From positions 44,331 to 108,330 of the forward strand of contig JAYWMQ010000052.1 in assembly GCA_035873375.1 (NCBI GenBank): a DNA stretch of 64,000 nt. The letters run 5' to 3'. This document shows positions 42,151-54,083 of the stretch, piece after piece. The translations under genes were made by a program, and so were the position numbers. How positions within the stretch are numbered: the stretch's first letter is position 1; each line of letters begins with the position of its first letter. The notes under the pieces are model-generated. The model was not told the origin of the DNA. It was given only the letters and a program-made list of their open reading frames with translations, and made no database searches. The stretch is from Nitrospirota bacterium. Lineage in GTDB: Bacteria > Nitrospirota > Thermodesulfovibrionia > Thermodesulfovibrionales > JdFR-85.

Positions 42151-42396
42151 CTTTTGGATTTACCGGCAGCTCTTGGGGATAGCCGTAATTCACGGTAAAA
42201 ACAGTCAGGGCTCGGCAACCTCGCCCCTGCCGGCATTTTACGGTAAAAAAAGTGCAGGGTTAAAAAGCACCTGAAGCACCGTTGAAGCCTGTATGGGGAA
42301 TATCTAATTCCTTGCTGATACTGCTGATAAATGTGCAATTTATCTGGGAAATTTGATTTCTGAAAAATTATCGTGTTAGAATTAAAAATCCCGTTT

Positions 42397-42428
42397 GGAG
42401 TTGAGGAGTTGAGGAGTTGAGGAGTTTA
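42397..42428. repeat. 8-bp tandem repeat (ggagttga x3, then ggagttta) upstream of guaB
   Basis: Read directly: ggagttga ggagttga ggagttga ggagttta, ending 36 nt before the guaB ATG. Confidence 0.9.
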
Positions 42429-42440
42429 TATCTGCTGTGA

Positions 42441-43931
<1,491 letters not shown>

Positions 43932-43948
43932 AAAGGTAAATATAACTT

Positions 43949-45490
43949 ATGATAGAAAGAGAAAAGATACTTGTTCTTGATTTTGGCTCTCAATATACCC
44001 AGCTTATCGCCAGGAGGGTGAGGGAGTGCAGGGTATATTCCGAAATCTTCCCCTTTAATGCGTCTATTGAGAAGATCAGGGAGTTTAATCCACAGGGGAT
44101 AATCCTTTCAGGCAGCCCTTCAAGTGTTTACGATGAGGGAACTCCGATCCCTGACAAGGAGATATTCAACCTTGGGGTTCCGGTGCTTGGCATATGTTAC
44201 GGCATGCAGTTGATGGCATTTCTCCTTGGAGGTGAAGTCAAAAAGGCCCTGAGAAGAGAGTATGGACGGGCTGAACTGATAATAGATGATGACAGGGACC
44301 TCCTGTGGGGAATAATAGACCACTCCGTAGTCTGGATGAGTCATGCAGACAGGATAGAGAAATGTCCAAGGGGTTTTGTCCCCATTGCGCATACAGATAA
44401 TTCGCCCATTGCTGCTATGGCAGACCATGAAAGGATGCTGTATGCGCTTCAGTTCCACCCGGAAGTCGTGCATACAACAGAAGGCAAGAGGATTTTACAG
44501 AACTTTGTGCTCAATATATGCAAATGCAGGCCTGTATGGCAAATGTCGTCTTTTATTGACTGGGCTGTAGATGATATAAAGAAGACCGTTGGTAACAACA
44601 GGGTAATATGTGCCCTGAGCGGTGGAGTTGACTCCTCGGTTGTTGCGGTTCTCGTGCACAGGGCTGTCGGAGAAAACCTTACCTGTATATTTGTAGACAA
44701 CGGGCTTCTCAGAAAGGGAGAAGTAGAGAAGGTACAGGACACTTTTGAGAGACATTTTCATATAAAGCTGATAACAGTCGACGCAAAAGAAAGGTTTCTG
44801 AGATTATTGAATGGGGTTACAGACCCTGAAAAAAAGAGGAAGATAATAGGGAACGAGTTCATCAGCGTCTTTGAGGAAGAAGCCGGAAAGATAACCGACG
44901 CCATGTTTCTTGCCCAGGGCACGCTATATCCTGATGTGATAGAGAGTGTTTCCTTCAAGGGCCCCTCTGCAATAATAAAGTCTCATCATAATGTCGGCGG
45001 TCTGCCGGAGGTGATGAAGTTAAAGCTCATTGAGCCCCTGCGCGAACTCTTCAAGGATGAGGTGAGAGAACTTGGTGAGGAACTGGGACTCCCTGAAGAG
45101 ATCTGCTGGAGACATCCCTTTCCCGGACCGGGCCTTGCAATCAGGTGCATTGGAGAAATCACCGGAAAAAGACTCGAGATACTTAGAGAGGCAGATGCCA
45201 TAGTGCTTGAGGAGATAAAGAAAGCAGGGCTGTACAGGGAAATCTGGCAGGCATTTGCAGTCCTCCTGCCGATCAGGAGCGTTGGCGTTATGGGAGATGA
45301 ACGGACTTACGAACACGTTCTTGCAGTGAGGGCGGTAACAAGTATGGATGGAATGACGGCAGACTGGGCAAAAATACCTGATGATATACTCGGAAAGATG
45401 TCAAACCGCATCATAAATGAAGTCAAGGGAATTAACCGCGTGGTTTATGACATAAGCTCCAAACCACCGGGCACCATAGAGTGGGAATGA
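43949..45490 (+). CDS. guaA: glutamine-hydrolysing GMP synthase
   Basis: 513 aa. GATase triad region GICYGMQ, ATP-PPase loop SGGVDSSV and the C-terminal end motif PPGTIEWE. Confidence 0.96.
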   Translation: MIEREKILVLDFGSQYTQLIARRVRECRVYSEIFPFNASIEKIREFNPQGIILSGSPSSVYDEGTPIPDKEIFNLGVPVLGICYGMQLMAFLLGGEVKKALRREYGRAELIIDDDRDLLWGIIDHSVVWMSHADRIEKCPRGFVPIAHTDNSPIAAMADHERMLYALQFHPEVVHTTEGKRILQNFVLNICKCRPVWQMSSFIDWAVDDIKKTVGNNRVICALSGGVDSSVVAVLVHRAVGENLTCIFVDNGLLRKGEVEKVQDTFERHFHIKLITVDAKERFLRLLNGVTDPEKKRKIIGNEFISVFEEEAGKITDAMFLAQGTLYPDVIESVSFKGPSAIIKSHHNVGGLPEVMKLKLIEPLRELFKDEVRELGEELGLPEEICWRHPFPGPGLAIRCIGEITGKRLEILREADAIVLEEIKKAGLYREIWQAFAVLLPIRSVGVMGDERTYEHVLAVRAVTSMDGMTADWAKIPDDILGKMSNRIINEVKGINRVVYDISSKPPGTIEWE

Positions 45491-45537
45491 GACTTCAGGT
45501 TATTGGTCAGCATGAATAACAGACAACGAGTAACGGA

Positions 45538-46416
45538 ATGGTCCTGAAAGATTACATTAAAAAGAGACAGGAACTTGTTGACTCTTATTTAAAGAAATAT
45601 TTTGCCGGCGAATTCCTCCCCGAGAGGTTATACGAATCAGTAACATACTCCCTTTTCGCAGGTGGAAAGAGGATAAGACCTGTACTTGCAATAGCATCAT
45701 TTGAGGCCTGTGGAGGAAAGGCAGAGGATATTCTTCCCCAGGCTTCCGCCATAGAACTAATTCATACGTACTCTCTTATTCACGATGACCTTCCGGCAAT
45801 GGATGACGATGCGATAAGGCGAGGGAAACCCACAAACCACAAGGTCTTTGGTGAGGCAATTGCCATACTGGCCGGCGATGCGCTCTTAACAGAGGCATTC
45901 GTCATGTTTACCGAGGGCGAAAGGTTTTCTCCACATGCCGTGAAAGAGGCAATAAGGATACTGGCCGACGCTGCCGGCCCCAGGGGAATGGTCGGAGGAC
46001 AGGCCGAAGATATACTTTCTGAAAGAAAGGAACCTGACCCCAGGACAGTGCATTTTATTCATACTCACAAGACCGGGGCTTTGATATGTGCTTCTGTCAG
46101 GATTGCACCCGTACTTGCAGAGGCTTCACATGAGATTATTGAAAGCCTCGGCATGTATGGTGAAAAAGTGGGCCTTGCCTTCCAGATTGTTGATGACATT
46201 CTTGATGTTACAGGTGACTCGGATTCACTCGGGAAAAAGACAGGAGCTGACAGTGAAAAGGGCAAAATGACATATCCAGCCATCTACGGAATTGAGAGGT
46301 CAAAGGCGGCAGCAAACGAACTTGTTGAAGAAGCCATTTCAGTCATTGATTTTATGGGAGACGGGGCTGACTCCTTAAGGAGCATTGCAAAGTATCTCGT
46401 GCAGAGGACAAGATGA
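45538..46416 (+). CDS. ispA: polyprenyl (farnesyl/geranylgeranyl) diphosphate synthase
   Basis: 292 aa. FARM is LIHDDLPAMDDD and SARM is VDDILD. Confidence 0.9.
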   Translation: MVLKDYIKKRQELVDSYLKKYFAGEFLPERLYESVTYSLFAGGKRIRPVLAIASFEACGGKAEDILPQASAIELIHTYSLIHDDLPAMDDDAIRRGKPTNHKVFGEAIAILAGDALLTEAFVMFTEGERFSPHAVKEAIRILADAAGPRGMVGGQAEDILSERKEPDPRTVHFIHTHKTGALICASVRIAPVLAEASHEIIESLGMYGEKVGLAFQIVDDILDVTGDSDSLGKKTGADSEKGKMTYPAIYGIERSKAAANELVEEAISVIDFMGDGADSLRSIAKYLVQRTR

Positions 46417-46417
46417 A

Positions 46418-48304
46418 ATGCCGGACATGCTGAAAGACATAAAAGACCCGGACGATATCAAGAAACTTGATTTTCCCGCACTGATCGAGCTAACAGGAGA
46501 GATCAGGGAGCGGATTATAGAAACTGTATCCTGCACAGGCGGACATCTTGCTTCAAGCCTCGGTGTTATTGAACTGACTATCGCCCTTCACTATGTGTTT
46601 GACTCCCCCACGGACAAGATAATCTGGGATGTTGGACATCAGTCCTATGCACATAAACTGATTACCGGCAGGGAAGAGAGGTTCTCAACACTGAGACAGT
46701 ACAGGGGAATCTCGGGTTTTCCGAAAAGAACAGAAAGTCCTCATGACCACTTTGGCACAGGACACAGCTCCACATCCATCTCCGCAGCCCTTGGGATGGC
46801 TGAGGCCAGGGAGCTTAAAGAAGAGGACTTCAGTGTGGTGGCTGTAATAGGTGACGGAGCGATGACATCAGGCCTCGCTTTTGAGGGGCTGAACAATGCA
46901 GGCCATCTCGGCATACCCCTTATCGTGGTGCTCAATGATAATGAGATGTCCATATCCAGAAATGTAGGTGCACTCTCCAGTTATTTTAACAGAATACTCA
47001 CAGGTGAGCTATACCAAAGGTTTAAAAAAGACACCAAGGCCTTTCTTGAAGGGATTCCAAAGGTTGGGGACCGGATGTATCGCCTGGCTCATAAGCTTGA
47101 AGAGACTGTGAAGAGTTTATTACTTCCGGGGCATATATTTGAAGAGCTTGGATTTAACTATATCGGACCAATTGACGGCCACGATATCGAAACCATGATA
47201 GAGACTTTCAAAAGGATCAGGCGTGCTGACGGGCCCGTACTGGTCCATGTGATTACCACAAAAGGGAAAGGGTATGAGTTTTCAGAAAAGAACCCCTCAT
47301 GGTTTCACGGTGTGGGGCCCTTTGAGCTCGCTACAGGTTCACCAAAGGGATCAGGTGGGATTGCATCTTACAGTGATGTCTTTGGCAATACCCTCACAGA
47401 AATTGCAAAAAAAGACGAGAGGGTTGTTGCCGTAGTTGCAGCAATGACAGAGGGGACAGGTCTGGGCGACTTTGCCCGAACCTTTCCTGACAGATTCTTT
47501 GATGTTGGAATTGCAGAACCTCATGCAGTCACCTTTGCCGCAGGTCTTGCAGCCAATGGGTTCATACCCGTGGTGGCAGTATACTCAACATTTCTGCAGA
47601 GGTCTTATGATGAGATTCTTCACGATGTCTGCCTCCAGAACCTGCCCGTGGTCTTTGCCATTGACAGGGCCGGCATAGTCGGGGATGACGGCCCGACACA
47701 CCACGGAGCCTTTGATATAAGTTACCTCAGGCACATACCAAATCTTGTGGTTATGGCCCCAAAGGACAAGGGAGAATTTACTGAAATGCTTGATTTTGCC
47801 ATCTCTTTGAAGAGACCTGTTGCCATAAGATACCCAAGGGGAAACTGCACTGAGCAGTTCGACCATACCCAGCAAACTCTGAGACTCGGAGAGGGAGAAA
47901 TCTTGACGGATGGCAATGATCTGGCCCTCCTTGCAATCGGCAGCATGGTTTACCCTGCTTATAAAGCCGCTCAACGATTGAGGGCAGAGGGTGTCAGCAC
48001 AATGGTGGTAAATGCGCGCTTTGCAAAACCCCTTGACAATGATATACTTCTCAGAATATCCGACAGCGTAAGAAACCTTGTTACAATAGAGGAGAATTCC
48101 GTGGCCGGTGGTTTTGGATCCTCAGTTCTTGAGACACTCAGCAGCATGGGGATACATGACATGAATGTGAGGGTTATGGGCATCCCGGATATATTTGTGG
48201 AACAGGGCCCACAAAGCGTTTTAAAAAGACTGCTGGGCCTGGATGAGGATGGCATCTTTGTAACAGCTTCCTCCCTTATAAAACATACAAAGTCAAGACA
48301 TTGA
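46418..48304 (+). CDS. dxs: 1-deoxy-D-xylulose-5-phosphate synthase
   Basis: GGHLASSLGVIELTIALHYVF, GHQSYAHK and GDGAMTSG motifs. The ATG at 46418 immediately follows the ispA stop. The track start at 46385 overlaps ispA. Confidence 0.94.
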   Translation: MPDMLKDIKDPDDIKKLDFPALIELTGEIRERIIETVSCTGGHLASSLGVIELTIALHYVFDSPTDKIIWDVGHQSYAHKLITGREERFSTLRQYRGISGFPKRTESPHDHFGTGHSSTSISAALGMAEARELKEEDFSVVAVIGDGAMTSGLAFEGLNNAGHLGIPLIVVLNDNEMSISRNVGALSSYFNRILTGELYQRFKKDTKAFLEGIPKVGDRMYRLAHKLEETVKSLLLPGHIFEELGFNYIGPIDGHDIETMIETFKRIRRADGPVLVHVITTKGKGYEFSEKNPSWFHGVGPFELATGSPKGSGGIASYSDVFGNTLTEIAKKDERVVAVVAAMTEGTGLGDFARTFPDRFFDVGIAEPHAVTFAAGLAANGFIPVVAVYSTFLQRSYDEILHDVCLQNLPVVFAIDRAGIVGDDGPTHHGAFDISYLRHIPNLVVMAPKDKGEFTEMLDFAISLKRPVAIRYPRGNCTEQFDHTQQTLRLGEGEILTDGNDLALLAIGSMVYPAYKAAQRLRAEGVSTMVVNARFAKPLDNDILLRISDSVRNLVTIEENSVAGGFGSSVLETLSSMGIHDMNVRVMGIPDIFVEQGPQSVLKRLLGLDEDGIFVTASSLIKHTKSRH

Positions 48305-49056
48305 AGGAAAGACTTGACAAACTCCTGATAAAAAAGGGCCTTGTATCTTCCAGGGAAAGGGCAAAAGCCTTGATTCTGGAGGGGAGGGTTCTTGTAAACA
48401 GGGCACCTGTTGACAAGGCAGGTACCCTGATTGATGAAAATGCCGAGATTGTACTGAGGGGAGAAGACCTTCCTTATGTAAGCCGGGGAGGGCTGAAGCT
48501 GGAGGCCGCACTTGAGCATTTCCATATTCAGCTTGATGGCCGGGTTGTGATGGATGTGGGGGCCTCTACCGGCGGGTTCACTGATTGCATGCTCCAGAAG
48601 GGTGCAAGGAAGGTATACGCAGTTGATGTGGGGTATGGACAGCTCTCCTGGAAGCTGAGGAAAGACCCGAGGGTTGTGGTTCTTGAGAGAACTAACATCA
48701 GGTATCTGACAGAGGAGATGGTTCCCGAAAAAGTTGATTTTGTTACAATAGATGTCTCTTTTATTTCACTTTTAAAGGTTGTCCCGAAAATACTTGAGTT
48801 TCTCAGGAATGGGGGCGGGATACTTGCACTCATAAAACCACAGTTTGAAGTCGGCAAGGGAGAGGTGGACAAGGGGGGAGTGATAAAAAGCATTGAAAAG
48901 AGAATGAACGTTGTCAGGAGTATCACCGAGGGTTTTGAGTCCCTGGGTCTTGTGGTGCAAGGTGTATTTGAATCCCCTGTCAAGGGGCAAAAAGGCAATA
49001 TTGAATATTTTATTTATATGATAAACCCGGATTCCGCCAGGACACCGATACGTTGA
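48301..49056 (+). CDS. tlyA: TlyA-family rRNA 2'-O-methyltransferase (hemolysin A-like)
   Basis: 251 aa. S4 domain RLDKLLIKKGLVSSRERAKALILEGRVLVN followed by a FtsJ-like SAM fold (MDVGASTGGFTD). The TTG start overlaps the dxs stop (ATTGA). Confidence 0.9.
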   Translation: MKERLDKLLIKKGLVSSRERAKALILEGRVLVNRAPVDKAGTLIDENAEIVLRGEDLPYVSRGGLKLEAALEHFHIQLDGRVVMDVGASTGGFTDCMLQKGARKVYAVDVGYGQLSWKLRKDPRVVVLERTNIRYLTEEMVPEKVDFVTIDVSFISLLKVVPKILEFLRNGGGILALIKPQFEVGKGEVDKGGVIKSIEKRMNVVRSITEGFESLGLVVQGVFESPVKGQKGNIEYFIYMINPDSARTPIR

Positions 49057-49103
49057 AACAGTGGCCCGCGTCTCAGGTCCCCTTGCATAATTTAAAATAA
49101 AAA

Positions 49104-49787
49104 ATGGCTGAAGAAAAACTTATAGGCATTGACCTTTCCGTAGCATCTGAAGAGGTGATCAGGCTACTCCTGGATGACCCCTCGGATGCCGCTATATTCA
49201 GTGAACTAATGGATGCCAATGCACAGCGGCCTGAGATATTGCGTCTCCTTTATGACCATCCGCAGACCCCGGCGGAGATTGCAGCAGAGGCGGCCTCACT
49301 GCTGAGCCTTCCTGCAAAAATAACAACCGGGGCAGTTGATCTTGTCACTGAAAAAGAAGAGGTCGGGCCTCAGAAGAAAGAGAGCATACTCCAAAGGATT
49401 CAGAGATTAAGCGTGGGGCAGAGAATACAGCTTGCGCTGAGAGGCGGAAAGGATATCAGGAGCGTCCTTATAAGAGACCCTAACAGGGAAGTGGTTATCA
49501 AGGTGCTTGAGAATCCGAAGATAACCGAGAATGAAGTGGAGATGATAGCAAGGAATCCCTCATCTCCTGATGATGCCCTGCGATATATTTTCAAGAAAAA
49601 GGACTGGATAAGAAAATATAATGTTGTGATTTCCCTTGCGTCTAATCCGAAAACACCCATTGGAATCTCCATGCCTTTGATAACACGTTTGAGGATGCAT
49701 GATCTTATTATCCTTGAAAAAAACAAAAACATCCCCGAGTCTGTCAGAAATGCCATAAAAAGGTATATTAAGCTGCGGAAAAAATAG
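49104..49787 (+). CDS. hypothetical protein with helical NPxTP-type repeats
   Basis: 227 aa. Repeated ...NP.tP... helical segments (ENPKITENEV, RNPSSPDDAL, SNPKTPIGIS). I recognise no family. Confidence 0.6.
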   Translation: MAEEKLIGIDLSVASEEVIRLLLDDPSDAAIFSELMDANAQRPEILRLLYDHPQTPAEIAAEAASLLSLPAKITTGAVDLVTEKEEVGPQKKESILQRIQRLSVGQRIQLALRGGKDIRSVLIRDPNREVVIKVLENPKITENEVEMIARNPSSPDDALRYIFKKKDWIRKYNVVISLASNPKTPIGISMPLITRLRMHDLIILEKNKNIPESVRNAIKRYIKLRKK

Positions 49788-49822
49788 ACCGCAGCAATCA
49801 CAAACGATTATAAGGGGGAGAA

Positions 49823-50956
49823 GTGCAGGCAATACCGGAGTTTGTCAGGTCATCCACCTGGGAAAAAGTCCTGAACTTTATAGCAACAAGTGATGAGGCC
49901 GCCCCTTATCTGCTGATGGACAAGGACGTGGTCAGGGAAAAAGCGTCCGTTATCGGCAAAGGAATCCGTAATTGCCGTGTATACTATGCTGTAAAGGCAA
50001 ACCCTCATATCGAGATTGCAGGATTGCTCGACAGGCCGGGCATGAATTATGAGATTGCATCTGAAGGCGAGCTGAAGATACTCTCCGCACTCGGGGTAAA
50101 ACCCGGAAGGATCATATCCAGCAATCCGGTAAAAAGTCCTGCTTTTATCAGGTATGCCGTAGATTATGGCGTAAATTATTTTGCCTTTGACTCTGTGGCA
50201 GAGGTTGATAAACTTGCAGCTTATGCCCCGGAATGCAATGTTTATATAAGACTGACAGTGCCCAATGAGGGCAGTGAATGGCCCCTGAGTAAAAAATTCG
50301 GTATTGAGCCTGATACGGCAGTCGAACTACTCCTGTATGCAAGGGAAAGGGGGCTCAATCCTGTGGGCATTACATTCCACGTAGGGTCTCAATGTACGAA
50401 TATATATAACTGGAGTATGGCCCTTGACAAGGTAAGCGCAGTCTGGAGCAGTGCCGGGAGTGCGGGAATAAGTCTTAAAGTCCTGAATATCGGCGGTGGT
50501 TACCCGATCAGGTACACGAAAGAGGTTATTGACATACAGAATATTGAGGAGATGATTGATACCCTCATTTCCCGGAAATTCCCTGAAGATGTTCAGGTGC
50601 AGTTGGAACCGGGCCGTGCAGTAGTTGGAGACGCCGGTGTATTTGTCACCTCAGTCATCGGAAAGGCCAGGAGGGGGAATGTTAACTGGTTATATATCGA
50701 TGTTGGTGTGTTTAACGGCCTTATGGAGAGCATTGGCGGGATAAAGTATCAATATATAGTAGGCAGCCGGGCTGAGACGAAGATGTGGACAATTGCAGGA
50801 CCGAGCTGCGACAGTTTTGATGTTATAGCCCATGACGTTGAACTGCCGGAACCGATGATTGGAGACCACCTGCTGATTCTTTCCTCAGGAGCCTATACAA
50901 TATCCTATGCGTCTGAATTTAACGGTTTTCCTGTACCGAAGACTATCCTGATATGA
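49823..50956 (+). CDS. type III PLP-dependent (Orn/DAP/Arg) decarboxylase, probable polyamine-pathway enzyme
   Basis: 377 aa. YYAVKANP PLP-lysine motif, GGGYP and CDSFD. GTG start after GGGGGAG. Adjacent to speE. Substrate cannot be resolved by eye. Confidence 0.8.
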   Translation: MQAIPEFVRSSTWEKVLNFIATSDEAAPYLLMDKDVVREKASVIGKGIRNCRVYYAVKANPHIEIAGLLDRPGMNYEIASEGELKILSALGVKPGRIISSNPVKSPAFIRYAVDYGVNYFAFDSVAEVDKLAAYAPECNVYIRLTVPNEGSEWPLSKKFGIEPDTAVELLLYARERGLNPVGITFHVGSQCTNIYNWSMALDKVSAVWSSAGSAGISLKVLNIGGGYPIRYTKEVIDIQNIEEMIDTLISRKFPEDVQVQLEPGRAVVGDAGVFVTSVIGKARRGNVNWLYIDVGVFNGLMESIGGIKYQYIVGSRAETKMWTIAGPSCDSFDVIAHDVELPEPMIGDHLLILSSGAYTISYASEFNGFPVPKTILI

Positions 50957-50963
50957 AGACTGC

Positions 50964-51072
50964 TTCTCGCAAAGGCGCCAAGCTCGCAAAAAAACATAAT
51001 TAGAGTTTGTCCATTTTTCTGTCGATCCTGTCGTTCTTCGCTGTCTTTGCGAGCTTGGCGCCTTTGCGAGAA
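50964..51072. repeat. perfect 27-bp inverted repeat (TTGCGAG family) between the decarboxylase gene and speE
   Basis: ttctcgcaaaggcgccaagctcgcaaa (50964..50990) is the exact reverse complement of tttgcgagcttggcgcctttgcgagaa (51046..51072), with a 55-bp centre. A solo arm-like copy gcgcctctgcgagaaatta lies at ~53565..53583. Confidence 0.9.
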
Positions 51073-51109
51073 ATTATATTAAAAGAATAAATTAAAGGAG
51101 GTTTTTTAT

Positions 51110-51946
51110 ATGATCAGATTTTTTGAGAAAGACCCCTACTCACCGATTCAATATGTTTATGATGTGGAAAAGATACTTTATAAGGGCAAAAGCCCGTTTC
51201 AGGAGATAGAGGTAATCGAAAACCCTTTTTTCGGCAGGATGCTGATCCTTGACGGGGTCGTCCAGTTAACTGAAAGGGACGAATTCTTCTACCATGAAAT
51301 GCTGGTGCATGTGGTCATGCATGCCCACCCTGAACCAAAGCGGGTTGTAGTAATCGGAGGCGGAGATGGCGGGGCCGTAAGAGAAGTACTCAGGCATGAG
51401 ACTGTGGAAAAGTTATTCTTTGTGGAGATAGATGAAGAGATCATAAATGTATCAAAAAAATACTTCCCCACTGTTTCCTGTGAACTGGAAAACAGCAAGG
51501 TAGATATAAAATGCATGGACGGGTCTGAATTTATCAAAAGCAGGAAGGGAGACATTGATGTAGTGATTGTTGACTCAACCGATATAATTGGCTTTGCAAA
51601 GAGTCTCTTCACCGTTGAATTCTTTAAATCCGTTAAAGAGAGCCTCAGTGACAACGGAATGCTTGTAACACTCTCTGAATCATTGCACTTTCACAGGGAC
51701 ATGGTGCTTGGGGTACAGGAGACCATGAGACTGGTGTTTCCTGTTGTAGACCTTTACACTGCCCCCATTGCCACCTATGCAGGTAACTGGTGGACATTCT
51801 CTGCTGCCTCAAAGTCTCTCAGCCTGAGGGAGATGAGAAGGCCCGGCATCCCGGGGCTCAGGTATTACAGCGACGAGATACACCGGCAGGCATTTCTTCC
51901 ACCAAAGATGTATGAGAAATTATTAAAGAAAAGCCTGAACTGGTGA
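51110..51946 (+). CDS. speE: spermidine synthase
   Basis: 278 aa. VIGGGDGGAVREVL SAM/dcSAM site, with DSTD and the gatekeeper region. Confidence 0.92.
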   Translation: MIRFFEKDPYSPIQYVYDVEKILYKGKSPFQEIEVIENPFFGRMLILDGVVQLTERDEFFYHEMLVHVVMHAHPEPKRVVVIGGGDGGAVREVLRHETVEKLFFVEIDEEIINVSKKYFPTVSCELENSKVDIKCMDGSEFIKSRKGDIDVVIVDSTDIIGFAKSLFTVEFFKSVKESLSDNGMLVTLSESLHFHRDMVLGVQETMRLVFPVVDLYTAPIATYAGNWWTFSAASKSLSLREMRRPGIPGLRYYSDEIHRQAFLPPKMYEKLLKKSLNW

Positions 51947-51960
51947 TGCAAACGGATAAA

Positions 51961-52713
51961 CTATGATGACTCAAGCAATTTCAACACAACCTGTGCATCA
52001 TTCCAGGTAAGCCATTTACTCTTCACGTTTCTCAGCAGATAGGAGGGGTGGAAGGTCGGAACAACAGGGATCCCCTTATACCTGTAAGTCTTTCCCCTCA
52101 CCTTTGAGATGCTCCCTATGTCGCCAAGCAGGGCCTTTGTCGCTACTGAGCCAAGGGTCATGATAACCGCCGGCTCTATAATCTCAATCTGTTTCTCAAG
52201 AAAGGGCATACAGGTCTTTATCTCATCCTCCTGGGGATTGCGGTTATCGGGAGGCCGGCACTTGACGGTGTTGGCTATATATACTTCCTCTCTACTAAAA
52301 CCCATCTTCTCTATAAGGCGTGTGAGCAGCTCACCAGCCCTTCCGACAAAAGGCCTCCCCTGCCTGTCCTCCTGCTCTCCGGGGGCCTCACCAACAAACA
52401 TAAGCCCTGCATCCGGATTGCCTTCACCGAATACGAGGTTGGTCCTTCCCTCGGAAAGGCGGCACCTCCTGCAATCACCTATCTCAGCCCTCAGCCTCTT
52501 TAGCCCTTCCTGCTTATGCAGAGACTCTTCGGTCTTCGGCCTATTCGCTTCAATATCCCTCTTTAGCCCTTCTTCCTTATGCTGGTAATCACCGCCATTA
52601 GATACGGTCTTCTCCGGTATATCAACTGCAAGCCTGTCAAACCCGAGTGCCTCGTAAAACCGGAAGAGCATCCCGAGTTGAGAAATATCTATATCCCTCA
52701 CCGTTCCCCCCAT
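51961..52713 (-). CDS. udg: family 4 uracil-DNA glycosylase
   Basis: 250 aa. CRRCRL Fe-S cysteines, GEGNPDAGLMFVGEAPGEQEDRQGRPFVGRAG and the HPS motif (TFHPSYLL). Has an ~85-aa N-terminal extension. Confidence 0.9.
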   Translation of the reverse strand: MGGTVRDIDISQLGMLFRFYEALGFDRLAVDIPEKTVSNGGDYQHKEEGLKRDIEANRPKTEESLHKQEGLKRLRAEIGDCRRCRLSEGRTNLVFGEGNPDAGLMFVGEAPGEQEDRQGRPFVGRAGELLTRLIEKMGFSREEVYIANTVKCRPPDNRNPQEDEIKTCMPFLEKQIEIIEPAVIMTLGSVATKALLGDIGSISKVRGKTYRYKGIPVVPTFHPSYLLRNVKSKWLTWNDAQVVLKLLESS

Positions 52714-53549
52714 TTTAGTTTCTCCCTCAGGACCTGAAAATAATCCCTCTCGCAGGGAATAAAGAGGCGGGTCTTATGGGGTGATTTTTTGACCTCAACC
52801 ACGTCTCCCTTTTCAAGTGAAACCCCTATCTGTCCATCAAGTGTAAGAAACACATCCTCACTTTCAGACTTGAGTCCCACTTCTATAAATGAGTTCCCTG
52901 AGAGCACAATGGGCCTGTTTGTCAGCGTATGGGGACATATGGGTGTAAGCACGATACAATCAAGGACAGGATGGACAATAGGTCCACCGGCAGAGAGATT
53001 ATATGCAGTTGAGCCTGTTGGTGTAGACATTATCAGGCCGTCTGACTTAAAGGTAGTGACATATGAGTGATCAATATAGGTCTCAAGGTCGATTATCCTT
53101 GCAAGGGCGCCTTTTGTAATGACCACATCGTTTAAGACCGTATAGGTTGTTATGGCCTCACCGTTACGCACGATATCGGCCTGAATCATTATCCTCTCCT
53201 CAACAGAGCACTCACCCTTAAGCATCGTCTCAATAGCTGTAAAAATATCCGACTGGTTGACCTCGGTTATAAACCCGAGACCTCCCAAATTCACCCCAAG
53301 GATAGGAATGCCTTTTTCAGCCACCAGCCTGGCTGCACCAAGCATGGTCCCGTCACCCCCGAGCACAACCACAACATCCACCAGTCCGGGTATCTCTGAA
53401 CGTGAATACCCCTTTATACCCAGCACCTCTGATGTCTCCCGGTCAATAAAGACATTAAATCCCTTTCCTGTGAGCCAGGGGATAAGCTCTTTCAGTATCT
53501 CGGGAGGTTCCGGTTTGCCGGGTTTTGATATTATGCCTATATTTTTCAT
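52698..53549 (-). CDS. nadK: NAD+ kinase
   Basis: 283 aa. GGDGTML motif, NxGxLGFL-like GVNLGGLGFIT and STPTGSTAYNLSAGGPI. Confidence 0.94.
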   Translation of the reverse strand: MKNIGIISKPGKPEPPEILKELIPWLTGKGFNVFIDRETSEVLGIKGYSRSEIPGLVDVVVVLGGDGTMLGAARLVAEKGIPILGVNLGGLGFITEVNQSDIFTAIETMLKGECSVEERIMIQADIVRNGEAITTYTVLNDVVITKGALARIIDLETYIDHSYVTTFKSDGLIMSTPTGSTAYNLSAGGPIVHPVLDCIVLTPICPHTLTNRPIVLSGNSFIEVGLKSESEDVFLTLDGQIGVSLEKGDVVEVKKSPHKTRLFIPCERDYFQVLREKLKWGER

Positions 53550-53582
53550 CTTACTTAGCGTTCTTTGCGCCTCTGCGAGAAA

Positions 53583-54059
53583 TTATAGTTCTTCTTTAAA
53601 ACCTGAAAATCCGCACTCCAAAGCCTCTATCCTTTCCCGACTCCCGCTTATTGTTATCTCTCTCCTCACATCATCCAGGAACTTAATATCCACCCTGAAT
53701 GAACAGTCCCAGCCCGTCAACCGCTCCGCCCACTCCACCACAGCGACTCCCTCCCCGTCAAGATACTCCTCAAGCCCAAGGTCCTGAACATCATCTCCAC
53801 CTGAAACCCTGTAGAGGTCTATGTGGTAGAGAGGGATCCGCCCGTAATGCTCTGCAATTATAACAAAACTTGCGCTTGTTATCTCCCGCTCCTCGATGCC
53901 AAGGCCCCGGGCAATACCCTTGACAAAAGTAGTCTTGCCGGCTCCAAGGTCTCCATACAGACAGACGATATCTCCTTTCCCGAGAATCCTGCCAAGCCTC
54001 TCGCCTGTGTTAATGGTCTCCCTCTCATTGGAGGTCTCTACTGTAAACTTTGTATTCAT
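53583..54059 (-). CDS. tsaE: tRNA t6A37 biosynthesis ATPase TsaE
   Basis: 158 aa. Walker A GDLGAGKTTFVKGIARGLG and a HIDLYR-type motif. Confidence 0.9.
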   Translation of the reverse strand: MNTKFTVETSNERETINTGERLGRILGKGDIVCLYGDLGAGKTTFVKGIARGLGIEEREITSASFVIIAEHYGRIPLYHIDLYRVSGGDDVQDLGLEEYLDGEGVAVVEWAERLTGWDCSFRVDIKFLDDVRREITISGSRERIEALECGFSGFKEEL

Positions 54060-54083
54060 GTACAGAATAACTCCGGGAATTCT

